A stretch of DNA of 64,000 nt from Isurus oxyrinchus (Eukaryota): contig JANJGN010000036.1 of NCBI GenBank assembly GCA_026770705.1, forward strand, positions 1,426,001 through 1,490,000. The letters are read 5' to 3'. Position 1 is the stretch's first letter; every line of letters begins with the position of its first letter. The notes beneath the pieces are model-generated. The model saw nothing but the letters and a program-made list of their open reading frames with translations. It made no database searches and was not told where the DNA came from. Positions 37,201 through 47,423 of this stretch are shown here, in pieces. A program made the position numbers and the translations under genes.

Positions 37201-38924
37201 ACACCAGAACTAGAAGTAGGAGATAATTCGGCCCCTCAAAGTAACCCGCCATTCAATAAGACCATGGCTAATGGTGTAGATCAACTTTACATTCCCGCAC
37301 TGTCCACGTCCCTTATTCCCTTAATGTACAAAAATCTATCTCAGTGACTGAGGACCCATAGTTCTGGCTTAGACAGAAGAGATAGAGTTGAAATGTCATA
37401 AAGCAAAACTCTGAAAGATTGAGAGATCTGTGACAGGTCATTGATAAAATTTTGATCCATGAACACACATGCAAAGATGGACAATTCTAAGTTACAAAAT
37501 TGCAAAGCCTGCCAACAGCATTAAATAGATATTTAAACTGTCACTGTTAAAAGATACCTCTCTGAGATGAGACATTTGCACTGAGAAGATTTTCACTGGA
37601 GTTGATTTGAATGGCGCAAGTACAGAGAGCGCCGCTGCTCCAAGTTTCCGCCGAGAGGCTGGTATAACTCTTGATAGTGTATGTCCCGTCCGATTCAATT
37701 GTCCCGGAATCGGTCTGTCCCTCGGTATCCCCCGAGAAAACATTCCAGCGGACGGGAAAGGAATCGGGAGACAAGCCTCTGATGAAACACAACAACGGGA
37801 CCCTTTCCAGCGAAGGGATCTCATCCTCCGGCGGGGTGAGGAGGAATATGGTCGGGGAGCCCTCTAAATTTGGTAAATGAAACAGAAGTGCCATTAACAA
37901 CTGAGACCAGAGACAGATGGTTGCTGTAGAAATGCCCAACGCGATGGAATAATGATGAAATTTACCTGTAACCACTAACTGGGAGCCATTTCCGAATATA
38001 AAAGTCTGGTTCCCGGAATTGCGGATTGCACAGTAATACATTCCAGAGTCATTTCTCCGGGTATCCGCAATGATCAGTGAATATTTACCCGCTTTTTCAG
38101 AAATCCCGCTGGAAAACCTCCCCTCTGCTGGGATGTCCTTATGCGCTGTGTAAACCAGCTTGCTGTCGCTTCGCTCCTGCTGTCTGTACCAGAAGATGAA
38201 CCGAAATTTATAGCTCTCCGTGTAGCAGCTCAGTTTAGCGCGACTCCCCGCAGGAAGTGTCTGAACCGGCGGAGACTGGGACAAGACGGGGTGAGACACA
38301 ATAACTGAGCAAGGGAGAAAAAATAAGCGTCACTTCAACTTACGATGCAGCCCGTCACCCCGCAACCTCAACCCCACTAGCCTGAAGCCAGCCTCCGGCG
38401 AGGACACCCTGATATGGAGGAGGAAGAATCATTTATTAAAAATCATCTATATCGGAAAATGTCACACCCGCATCGCGCACAATTAAAATCAGGCTGATTA
38501 AGTGAGTATTTGCACTGTTTTCACCCGGTTTTCCAAAGACACAGTATGAGTCCATTCACCAGTAAATGTGTTTTAATCAGTGGGGTACGCACATGGGAGC
38601 TGTATGAAGTTATAATCTTAAAAGATCTTCTTCAAATCTAAAATTCCAAAAAAATTGTTTTCTCTCATCCACTTTTCGCTTCTTCTTATTTTGCGTTGAC
38701 TTTGTGCATTTTATTTTGTTCAAGAGATTATAACTTTCACTAATAATGTACCTGAAACGCTCTCCTTTCCTTAACCATTTTTCCCCTGATTACAGGCCTT
38801 CCTGCCAGTAGAAAGATTTTCTCCTTATTCGCTCTACACCAACCCTCCTCCACTCTATCTGAACATGTTAAGATATCTTACCCTGGAAGAGATGGGACAA
38901 TGCACACACAGAGAGGAAGTTCAT
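34239..38924 (-). CDS. Intact 6-exon non-rearranging antigen-receptor-like gene (class 1): leader-VJ-C1-TM-cyt-YxxL, 303 aa. Exons 38924-38882, 38304-37966, 37863-37558, 35467-35348, 35211-35153, 34283-34239. PRARP/VJC1-like
   Basis: All five introns are GT..AG with compatible phases (1,1,1,1,0). Exon lengths sum to 912 nt = 303 aa + TAA with no internal stop. V: LSC..WYRQ..DSGMYYCAIRNSGNQTFIFGNGSQLVVT. C1: CFIRGLSPDSFPVRW..DGTY..W..CTC. TM: CIFPLFGSLSSAALLLLGLILVAG-RKR. Tail ends EE-TFYARLALKEDRTL*. Confidence 0.88.
34330..34512 (+). mobile_element. PLE terminal-repeat fragment with degenerate hammerhead core, in the last intron of the intact gene
   Basis: TAGTT-CTGATGA(34381)-AGAGTC..GACT-gcAAA-CGTT-AACTA, followed by the family tail gatgctgtcagacctgctgag..tttccagcatc. 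Confidence 0.65.
35153..35211 (-). CDS. Class-1 gene exon 5: cytoplasmic GNMNNDQELTDSRAHRHNEE
   Basis: Acceptor ctttctaccag, donor GAG|GTAAAA. A homologous exon is present in the pseudogene at 16940-16984. Confidence 0.75.
35348..35467 (-). CDS. Class-1 gene exon 4: stalk Cys + transmembrane helix (DSPLPATCIFPLFGSLSSAALLLLGLILVAGRKRCRNQQT)
   Basis: Poly-T acceptor ..ttttgcag, 120 nt, phase 1-1, donor ACAG|GTAATG. Hydrophobic run followed by basic stop-transfer RKR. Confidence 0.85.
35730..37020. repeat. Purine-rich (GA/GGA) low-complexity tract in intron 3 of the intact gene
   Basis: Strong A/G strand asymmetry, which explains the spurious Leu/Ser/Pro ORFs here. Confidence 0.9.
37558..37863 (-). 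CDS. Class-1 gene exon 3: C1-set constant domain
   Basis: Acceptor ccaaatttag|AG, donor AGAG|GTATC. Sequence SPTIFLLTPP..LLCFIRGLSPDSFPVRW..SDGTYTIKS..ETWSSGALCTC matches the C1-set pattern. Confidence 0.9.
37966..38304 (-). CDS. Class-1 gene exon 2: V-set domain with germline-joined J (FGNG motif)
   Basis: Acceptor ttttctcccttgctcag, donor ACAG|GTAAA. Canonical Cys, WYRQ, DSGMYYC and FGNGSQLVVT all lie in one exon (within ORF 37547..38299). Confidence 0.93.
38882..38924 (-). CDS. Class-1 gene exon 1: signal peptide MNFLSVCALSHLFQ
   Basis: ATG at 38924, 43 nt, phase-1 donor CAGG|GTAAG. Splices in frame to V exon VIVSHPVLSQSP. Confidence 0.8.
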
Positions 38925-39097
38925 TGTCCGTGACTTCTGATGGTCAGAATCTGAACCCCGATCCGAAACTCTCTGAGAACTCGCCCTCTGTCTCTCGGTG
39001 TGAAGGGGGTGTGTAATGTGCAGACTGAATAGTGTTCTGTGTTTATTAATAGATACACGAAGGGGGTTGGTAAATGGTGCCGAGGTAGACACCTCTC

Positions 39098-39114
39098 TGT
39101 GGTTTTCCTGTTTA
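39098..39114. promoter_or_regulatory. Composite RUNX/ETS/Forkhead-like motif (TGTGGTT-TTCC-TGTTTA) ~180 bp upstream of the class-1 ATG
   Basis: The core GGTTT(T)CCTGTTTA is conserved upstream of both class-1 pseudogenes (~21078-21093 and ~30516-30531). Confidence 0.5.
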
Positions 39115-41404
39115 GCGCAGGTCAAAGTGCTGTCACGTACTCACCACCTGTTTTCCAAAGTACACCAGTTATGTACTCACATCAGTTAGATAACACTTGT
39201 TCTGCATGTTCTAGAAATATGATCTATATTCAGATACAGTTAATGTTTCACAGTGATGATATCTGATCTGAGAGCTTATATATATTAGGAACGAATGAAC
39301 CGACTGGGGCTCCTGTCTCCAAACGGTGTTGGGGGGGCTGGTGTGGAGAGATTGAGGGGTGACCTGACCGAGGTATTTAAAATTACGAAATGGTTTATTT
39401 AGGCCGACGTAGGTAAGATAGCTCTAATTCTGCAGATTTCAAAAATATTGGTCATCAATCAATCCGACCGGAGAATTCAAGAATTCTCATTGAGGTTTCG
39501 AGGAATGAAAGGTGATCTTATTGAAATATGTACGTTCCTGAGGGGCATAGATAAAAGGGCTACCAGGAGGATGTTTCCTGTTGTCTCCAAAACTTGGGAT
39601 ATAGTTAAAAATAGAGGTCTCCATTTAAAGCAGAAATTACGAGATTTATTTTCACCAAGTGGGTTGTTGGTCTGTGCAATAGTCTTCCCCAGAAAGTAGT
39701 CGCGATTGGGTCTTTGAATTTATTCAAGGCCCCGTGTTAGACAGATTTTTGTTAGGTCAGGGATTGAAGACCTATGGGCGGCAAACAGGAAAGTGTAGTT
39801 GAGACCACAACCAGGTCAGCCATTATTTTATTGAATGGTGAAGCAGGCTCGAAGGGCCCAGTGGCCTCATTCTGCTCCTCTGTTGCTTTCGTCCTCTGTA
39901 ACAAGAGGTCGTTAATATGAGATAAACCGAGTCTGGAATTCAGGGGAAACCGCTCTACGCAGACCGTGGGTAGAACGTGGAACCCGTTTGCACAGGGGTT
40001 GGTCCAGGCTATTTTAGTGTTACAGTTAAGTGGCAAGCTGGATAAACAAACGCGGGGGAAATGAATAAAGGAAATGTTGTTGGGCTGAGATGAAGAGGAG
40101 GTGTGAGGAGGCTCATGCGGAGCACGAGAAATTGGGTCATATTGCCAGTTTCTGTGATGTAAATTCTATCTAACTCTGTAAACTGCAAAATCAAGAGAGC
40201 TTAACAACAACTTCAAAGTAATAACTGTGCAGATAATTTTCCATTGAACTGCTGTAAATGCACTTGGAGGGCAATGCAAAGTGAAACTTGTAATATTATT
40301 TGAAACTCGCTTCAACGGGACCTATCTATCAAATCATTGGTAATTAGAATACAAAATGAACTCAGAGCACTGAAATCATGATAATCCCCAATGGCGCTTT
40401 ATATAATAGAACAAAGCAGTCCGCAAACCTATTCAATGTGACTTAACTGACAGGAAGACAGTCCACGGACATTTTAAGGAACAGAACTGAATTGAAAGAG
40501 ATTCGTTCATTTAGATTCTCAATAAGTACAGTGAATGACCGTGTTTGATGCATTAGAATTCCAATCTATATCTCTGCATAATTTGTGCATGTTGAATAAG
40601 ATAATAGCAATTAAAATTAAAATCAATCCACATACATTTCATCCAATATTCATCCAGTCTCTGTGTTGACCAGAATGTCTCACGATTCTTGTAAACCTGT
40701 TTATAGAATAGATACTATTGATTATTATCACACGACACTCCGAATTCCTGGCGTTTACTTTCCAAACCTGCGACCTCTGCAAACTTGAAGTGCAAGTGCA
40801 GCAGTTACATGGGAACACCACCCACTGCAAATTACTCTCCATGTCAATCATCACCCTGACTTGGAAATATATCACAGGTCCTTCAGTATCACTGATTCAA
40901 AATCCTGGAACTTCCTCACTGAAAGCACGGTTGGTGTACCTACACCACAGGGACTCCAATGGTTCAGGAAGGCAGTTCACCACCATCTTCTCAAGTGACA
41001 ATCGGTGATCGCTAATGCATCCTGGCCTTTCCAGCGACTCTGACATCTCGAGAATGAATCAATCTTTGACAACAATAGTTAGCATCCATCCATCCAAATT
41101 AGTAATCTTTGAGCCCCGCGCCCCCACACTCTGAGCGACATCCCAGTAAAGTTCTTTATAGACCTGTTGCCACTTGCCCGCTGTGACGCACAGACGGTGA
41201 TCACAGTATGAAAAATGCAATTGATATTCACCAGGACACCCACTCAAAATGGCGTCATACTTTCCACAGCAAAGCTCGTCATGGTTTCCACCGCATCTGA
41301 AAGGGGAGCTATTGACTGGAGCTGAGCTCAAGTCAGTCTGAGGCCACTCCACCTGCGGTAACAAACTGGTGAGAGCGAAAACAGGCAGAACACGCCGCGA
41401 CAAG

Positions 41405-44400
41405 ATGTCCAAGGATTATTTATCTCTGATGCTTATTTTCCAAATATTGCGGGTTTATGGTGAGTAAGAGGCGGGTGAGAATTTGAAACTAGACTTAGCC
41501 AGAATCCGTGTTTACTAAGCTGAAAATGTAACCCAGGGACAAGGTGAAGGGGTTTGACCTGATCATGTGAGTTTATTTACTGGTTCCTCTTATAAAGCGA
41601 AGAAAATCAAATTGGAGTATTAATCTGACCAAGAATATTTAAAGACAATGATGTGACTGTTTTAAAATAAGAGTGAAATGTTTCAAAGCGGCTGCTTCTT
41701 ATCTCTCAATCGTGATAATGCAACAACACCCCCTCGAGTTGCAGAATCCGAGACCTCTCTGTCTCAGAACCCCATCATAATGACAGTTGAATTCGGAGAG
41801 ATTGTGGAATTAACTTTTCAGTGCATTTACGAAGTGGAATCGGTGTATTTCTATTTCTGATACAAACAGCGTATGGGTGGAGCCCCGAAAACAATCAAAA
41901 GCCAGTCCTGTCAGGGGGCTGATTGTAAGTTTATTTCCAAAAAATGCAGCATCACAAACGTGTTGATTCTGGAAATTCGCAATGTCCAGATGAATGACTC
42001 GATTTCCTGCTGCTGTGCTCGTAGGGGTAGCTATGTACCTCTACAGAATGCAACAACACTATTAATTTTAGATAAGAGAGCATAAGAATTCAGATATTAC
42101 ACAGCATTAACATTTGGAGCAAATTAATCTCTCTCCAGACAGTTCCTCCAAGAAAAGGCTTTGCGGGTGCTTGCCCCGCCGGGTGAGCTGCAGCTGAGGG
42201 AAACCGTCCCCTTGGTGTGTTTGGTCAGTGGAGTTTCTTACCAGCTGGTTGCTATTTTCTGGAAAATTTCAGGCCTGGTCACCGAGGGACCGAGAGATCC
42301 CGGCGCAAAGGATGCGGACGGGACTTACAGCATCAGAAGTCAAAGTGTCGAGGGAAACCTGGAAAACTTGCGGTTTCTGTACTTGTATTTTTCGACTGGC
42401 GTCTCTAGGGAAATATTAGACAAAGTACGACACGCTCTTCACCAAAGCAGCAGGGACAGGGAGAGGTGAGCTGGTGATCTGTTCAAACAATCAGTACAGG
42501 AATTCACTAGACTCAAAGAATCTGCAGTCTCCAGTCTCCGAATTAAACACCTCAACCAAATAAAAGATAACTATGGATAGAAAAAATATATATTTGTGAG
42601 TGTGTCAGAGTATGTGTGTGTGTACGTGTGTGTTTATATGTTTGCGCGTGCGTTTTTCTGTGTATATAGAATTTATAGGTTATATATATGTATGTCTGTA
42701 TGCATTTATGTCTGTCTACCTCAAAGTAAAAAGCGCGTTCAAAGTTTTTAAAATAAATTAGTGATGTCCTTTGTCCGAGAGGGAGGCTTTGTCTTGTAAA
42801 ATATTTCTCGGCTCGCCTTAAGTTCCTGTGTGACATTTTTGAATCATAGAGTAACACAGCACATAAAGAGGATATTCAATTAATCCCACCTTTTCCCAAT
42901 CATCCTGTAACACGTTCCCGTTCATCATAATCCATTTAATAATCCGATTTCCCTCATGGAAGCTATTCCTTAATCTGCTTTCCCCATCCTTTCAGGCAGT
43001 GGATGAGGAATAGGTTTGAGATTAGTTCAAAATAGGATGAGATAATGAACAAAAGGCTGTGAAGAGATAAGATTGTTTTGAACGACAAACTATCTGAAGG
43101 GGCGTGACTCTCGCTCATTTCCCCGGTCTCCTTCTTCATTTCCTGGAATCTCCCTTATCAATCTCTATTTTCCTGTTAAAATCCAGTTTATTATTAACAT
43201 CAGTTGGTGATATCAGCAGTCGCAATTTTACATTCACCTCGTGTGATGACACGTCAGTGAAATTAGGTTGATAAGGAACTGATCGAGTTTCACACGCATC
43301 AGGCAGATCGCGCACATATATTAATCTCAGAATGTGGCAGAACAACTTGATATGGCCGCGAAAAAATCATAGCGAAACCTGGGCTTCATTAATAGCGCAA
43401 AAAAAACAAGAGAATTTCCTACATTATGAAGATCTGGTCAGACCCCAGCTGGAGTACTGTGCCCAATTCTGGGGGAAATATGTTGGGTTTTCTTTACCCA
43501 AAGAGCTGAAACAGACACGTTTAGTCGAATTAAAAACAAAAAAAACTGCGGATGCTGGAAATTCAAAACAAAAACAGAATAACCTGGAAAAACTCAGCAG
43601 GTCTGGGAGCATCGGCGGAGAAGAAAAGAGTTGACGTTTCGAGTCCTCATGATCCTTCGACAGAACTCAGTTCTTCTCCGCCGATGCTGCCAGACCTGCT
43701 GTGCTTTTCCAGGTAATTCTGTTTACGTTTAGTCGAATTGCCTACTTCTGTGTTGTTTTATTCTATTATTCCACAATTCACTTTCCAGGTAGACATCGGT
43801 ATGATGCTTTAATTATAATTTTGGACCAATCCTGACAGTGTTGTCCGTCAATTGATCTCCATTCGAAAACATTGCTCCATTTATTTTATTCTGTGTGTCC
43901 ACAAGCCGCGGCCTGTCGCACTGGCTATTTGAGACACAGACTATTAACTGGGTCACGTTTCCCATGAGAGAATTCCAGGAAATAATGATTTGACCGAGCA
44001 GCAGTTTCTAATTGTTTTGTCTCTGCAAGATGCTGCATTCCGACCCTTAATGTTAGCAGAATGGCGGCGGCGATCGCAGTTCTACTCTTGATTCTCATTT
44101 TAATTGGGACACATAAAAGCGGCAGATCAGGTCATGATCAATGTTTATCAGGGACATTTTCATAACTGGTTGTCCAATCTGAATCCCTTCTCGCAATTTT
44201 AAATTACTAATTACTGACTCTCATTTCTGGAGAACAAGACATGAGATCCCACAATGAAAAGTGAGTAACTGAATCATTTAGAAAGTTTAACCCGAACAAC
44301 TTGTCTATATTTAAGACTCGGCGTAACCCAGTTCAACCTCAACACTGATTCCAACGATTCCAACTGACATGTCCCATGATCTTTCAAGGTTGATTCTAAG

Positions 44401-44548
44401 ACCGCTCGACAATTTTCCTCTCAAATATTTCCGACAGCTGAACCAGGATTTACAGGACATAACAATTGTTTGATATTTTTGTTCGAATCCAGTTTGAGCT
44501 TGAGAGGAAGAGAGACGGCAAATCGATATGCAGAATGAATGACAAAAG
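41405..44548 (+). pseudogene. Class-2 V-C1-TM receptor pseudogene, head-to-head with the intact class-1 gene. Leader 41405-41459, V 41745-42071, C1 42139-42465, TM ~44029-44130, cyt ~44230-44260 and ~44493-44548
   Basis: Leader MSKDYLSLMLIFQILRVY|GTGAGT. V ESETSLSQNP..QC..F*YKQ (Trp to TGA at 41858-41860) with donor GT>AT at 42072. C1 LVCLVSGVSYQLVAIFW..DGTYSIRS..CTC with frameshifts. TM acceptor damaged. Confidence 0.85.
43532..43724 (-). mobile_element. Young 193-bp non-autonomous PLE-derived fold-back element with hammerhead-like core and 15-bp TSD
   Basis: Perfect direct repeat acgtttagtcgaatt at 43517-43531 and 43725-43739. Inverted arms. Reverse-complement core GAGTT-CTGTCGA-AGGATC..GACTC-GAAA-CGTC-AACTC. 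Confidence 0.8.
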
Positions 44549-44689
44549 GTCAATGGGACTGAAAGTTTTGTGCAGATTAAATGTTAAATTCTAGAAATTC
44601 TGAAGGTCAATAAGTGCATCTCTCTCCATAAAGATATTCTGAAATCATTGGCCAGCCTGCTGGTCCCATAAAAAAGGCCAATGATTGGG

Positions 44690-45440
44690 TATTAATTGAG
44701 ACTGCAGGAAAGTGGAGCTTGGCGTTCTACTGGGCTTTGCTTTGAGGGCCCGGGCATGTCCTGATGTGCATTACAGACCTAGACATAGGTGTACAGGGTA
44801 CAACCTTAGCGTTTGACACAAAACGTGGAAGTTTTCTGACCTGTGAGGAGGAGATTGCTAGACTGCAAGCGGTCACAGACAGATTGGTGGAATGGGCTGA
44901 CAGGTGGAAGACTAAATTAAATGCACAGAAGTGTGAAGTGATCAATTTGTTAGCAAGAATGAGGAGAGACAATAGAAAATAAAAGATACGACTGTAAAAG
45001 TGTTCCAGGAACAGCGTCATCTGCTTGTATATGTATTGAAATCATTGAAGGTGATAGAATAGGTTGACAGATGAGTTTGCAAAGCATGAGGAGACTCAGA
45101 CACTTGTTCGTGTGGACATAGAGTACAAAAGTTTAAAGTTATAATAAAGCTAATTAAAGTTTGAGTTCGGCCTCAGCCGATGGATTGTGTCCCGTTCTGG
45201 TCACCACACTTTGGGAAGGATGTTACGGCTTTAGAGGAGATGCAGACTATATTGTTGAAAATGTTTCCATGGCGGAGGGACTTCAGTTAAAAAGTTAAAT
45301 TGGAGAAACTGGGGCTGTTTTCCTGGGAGAAGAGAAGGCTGAGAGGGGATTTGATGGACTTATTCAACACTAAGAGGGGTCAGGGGACAGTGGATAGGGA
45401 GAAACTGTTGCTATTGGAGAAAGGGTCCCGAATGAGTTTA
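44690..45440 (+). mobile_element. CR1 LINE RT fragment
   Basis: DTKRG..DRLVEWADRWKTKLNAQKCEV; EKLGLFSWEKRRLRGDL. Confidence 0.8.
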
Positions 45441-46984
45441 TTGGTTAATTGTGAGAAGATAGAAAGAATAAATCATTTCTAGGGCTACAGGGAAATTGCA
45501 GGGATGGCAAGCGGGTGGACTATGTGATTTCCTCCTTCAGAGACCGACACAAGAAGCTGAAATAATTGTTTCTGTGATATATCCATTTGATGAGTCTAAC
45601 ATTGACAACATTGTGTCAGGGGTACATTTAGGCATGGCCACTGCGGCGTTGGCGAGGCACGGGTAGTTAGTTTGTGTACATTGTCCATGTCCATCCATTG
45701 TCATGTTGTGGAAGTAATGCAATATTGGGGAAGCATTGGCTTATTTGGGTATTTGTCATTCAATGTGCCTCTGATTGATTTTCGCTTATCTACACAGGAA
45801 TAAAACATCAATTCATTGCTAAACCATTAATACACAGGTGGCCACTGTCAGAAAGGGGCGAAGCGACACATCAGGGTGCAAAAGAGGTGAATTTATTGAG
45901 CTTTCGTAATAGTATACAGTCACTTCATTCTTGGGGCAAGGTGCACAATGCTGGATATTTCACGCAGTTAACAGCGATCATGTCACAATCTAGATCGATT
46001 GAATTTGTATCAACTCCCACTCAGCCCCCAAACTGAAATCAGAACATATCCTCCAGCCTCTCTGCCGATTGATTATTCAAATGATCGGATAATATTCCAT
46101 GCAGAATATCTCCAGCAGTCTCCAATTCGGATTCCCAACAGTTTCTAGTACAGATTTCCAGCTTTCTGCTTTTTAAACAAAAATCTATTTAACTTTGCAA
46201 TCATTTACAGAATTAGAGAACAACACGAGAGGGAAGTGGCCAGTGATGCTGGAAACTTGTGATGGTTCCATTTTACTTTTGCACAGTGTGTTTTGGACTG
46301 ATATTAGTTTTAAACTAACATGTCTATGCCATAGGGTCAGTGCCCTGTTTCGGCAGAACTGTTGACTGTGGAGTTATGTTTCCCAAAGCTCTTTATCACT
46401 GAGGGAATCTCTCGCCTCATATCTGGGCCTGATGTGGACAAATTGATGTTAATCTATTGCCAGAATAACCCAATTATCATTGCATCATAGAAAAACCAGG
46501 ATGGTGGAATGCATTCCAGCTGGGATTTGGTATTATTCCTTCCAGATATTCGCATTTTCCTAATTCTGTGTTTGCACAGTGTTGCAACAAGGCATTCGAG
46601 TGTTTCTGAAAAAGGAGACATTTTTGTCGAAGCTTTTCACCTTGCAATCATCAGGTCAATTCGCATGATAATAACAATTTCTGGGGTGTAAAACATTCCA
46701 CCTGAGAGGAAAATGTTGCTTGATTGGCAAGTGGGCTCTGATTTGTCGAGGCGTTGCCTTGGGGACTGCAAGAGTTAATGTTGACTGAAAGTTAACTGCC
46801 AAGCATTGTTTGAAACATTTACCTGGCAGTTTGGCGATGATTGGTCAATATATTGCCATGAGGAATGGACTAGTGAATGGCTGACACCTATTTTTGTTTA
46901 GCTGAAACAGACATGTTGTATGCACATGTGATTTCTGCCTGCAAAGAATACGGTCACGTGTAATAATATACATAGATTCAAGCA

Positions 46985-47423
46985 CATGTAAATACGTCCC
47001 ACTCTGAGTTCAACTGACTATCTTAAATTGGTTGCCAGCATGATTCTTAGTGCCCTGACGATTATTTAGCAAAGGTGGTCCCATCACAGAACCAGTTTTA
47101 ACGTTGAACACTGTGTTTTGAGCTTTGCAAGAACAGGCTGGTTTTGTACTTTGCTTACCTTGCACATTGTGAAAGGTAGAAGGGACAGGCTGTTTGATAC
47201 AATAGGCCAGGCTTTGGGATATATGGCCTAGATGCCTAGCATCACATTGGCACTGGAATCCATGGCCGACGTTAGTCTTTAGTGTGATAGGCAGAACGTC
47301 TTTTGGGTTTGAAGGCAACTTCCTATTAATGGCGAATACGACTCGTGTTGCTAGTGCATAGCAACAACGTTGAACTGCTAGCTTCACCTGTTGCTGATAT
47401 TTATGAGAAACCCGGCTTGGCAT
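46985..47423 (-). mobile_element. Second Penelope-like family GIY-YIG fragment
   Basis: ORF 47010..47423: KDVLP..NVGHGFQCQCDARHLGHISQSL, a degenerate 'NVVY.F.C.C...YVG.T.Q.L' GIY-YIG pattern. Confidence 0.65.

Noticed and set aside
38029-38035. Cryptic heptamer (TACTGTG on the coding strand) in the V exon
   Set aside because: It follows from the YYC-A codons and is common in V domains. No evidence of use.
37547-38299. 250-aa ORF as a single-exon or processed Ig light-chain gene
   Set aside because: The ORF spans a GT-AG intron and has separate leader, TM and cytoplasmic exons.
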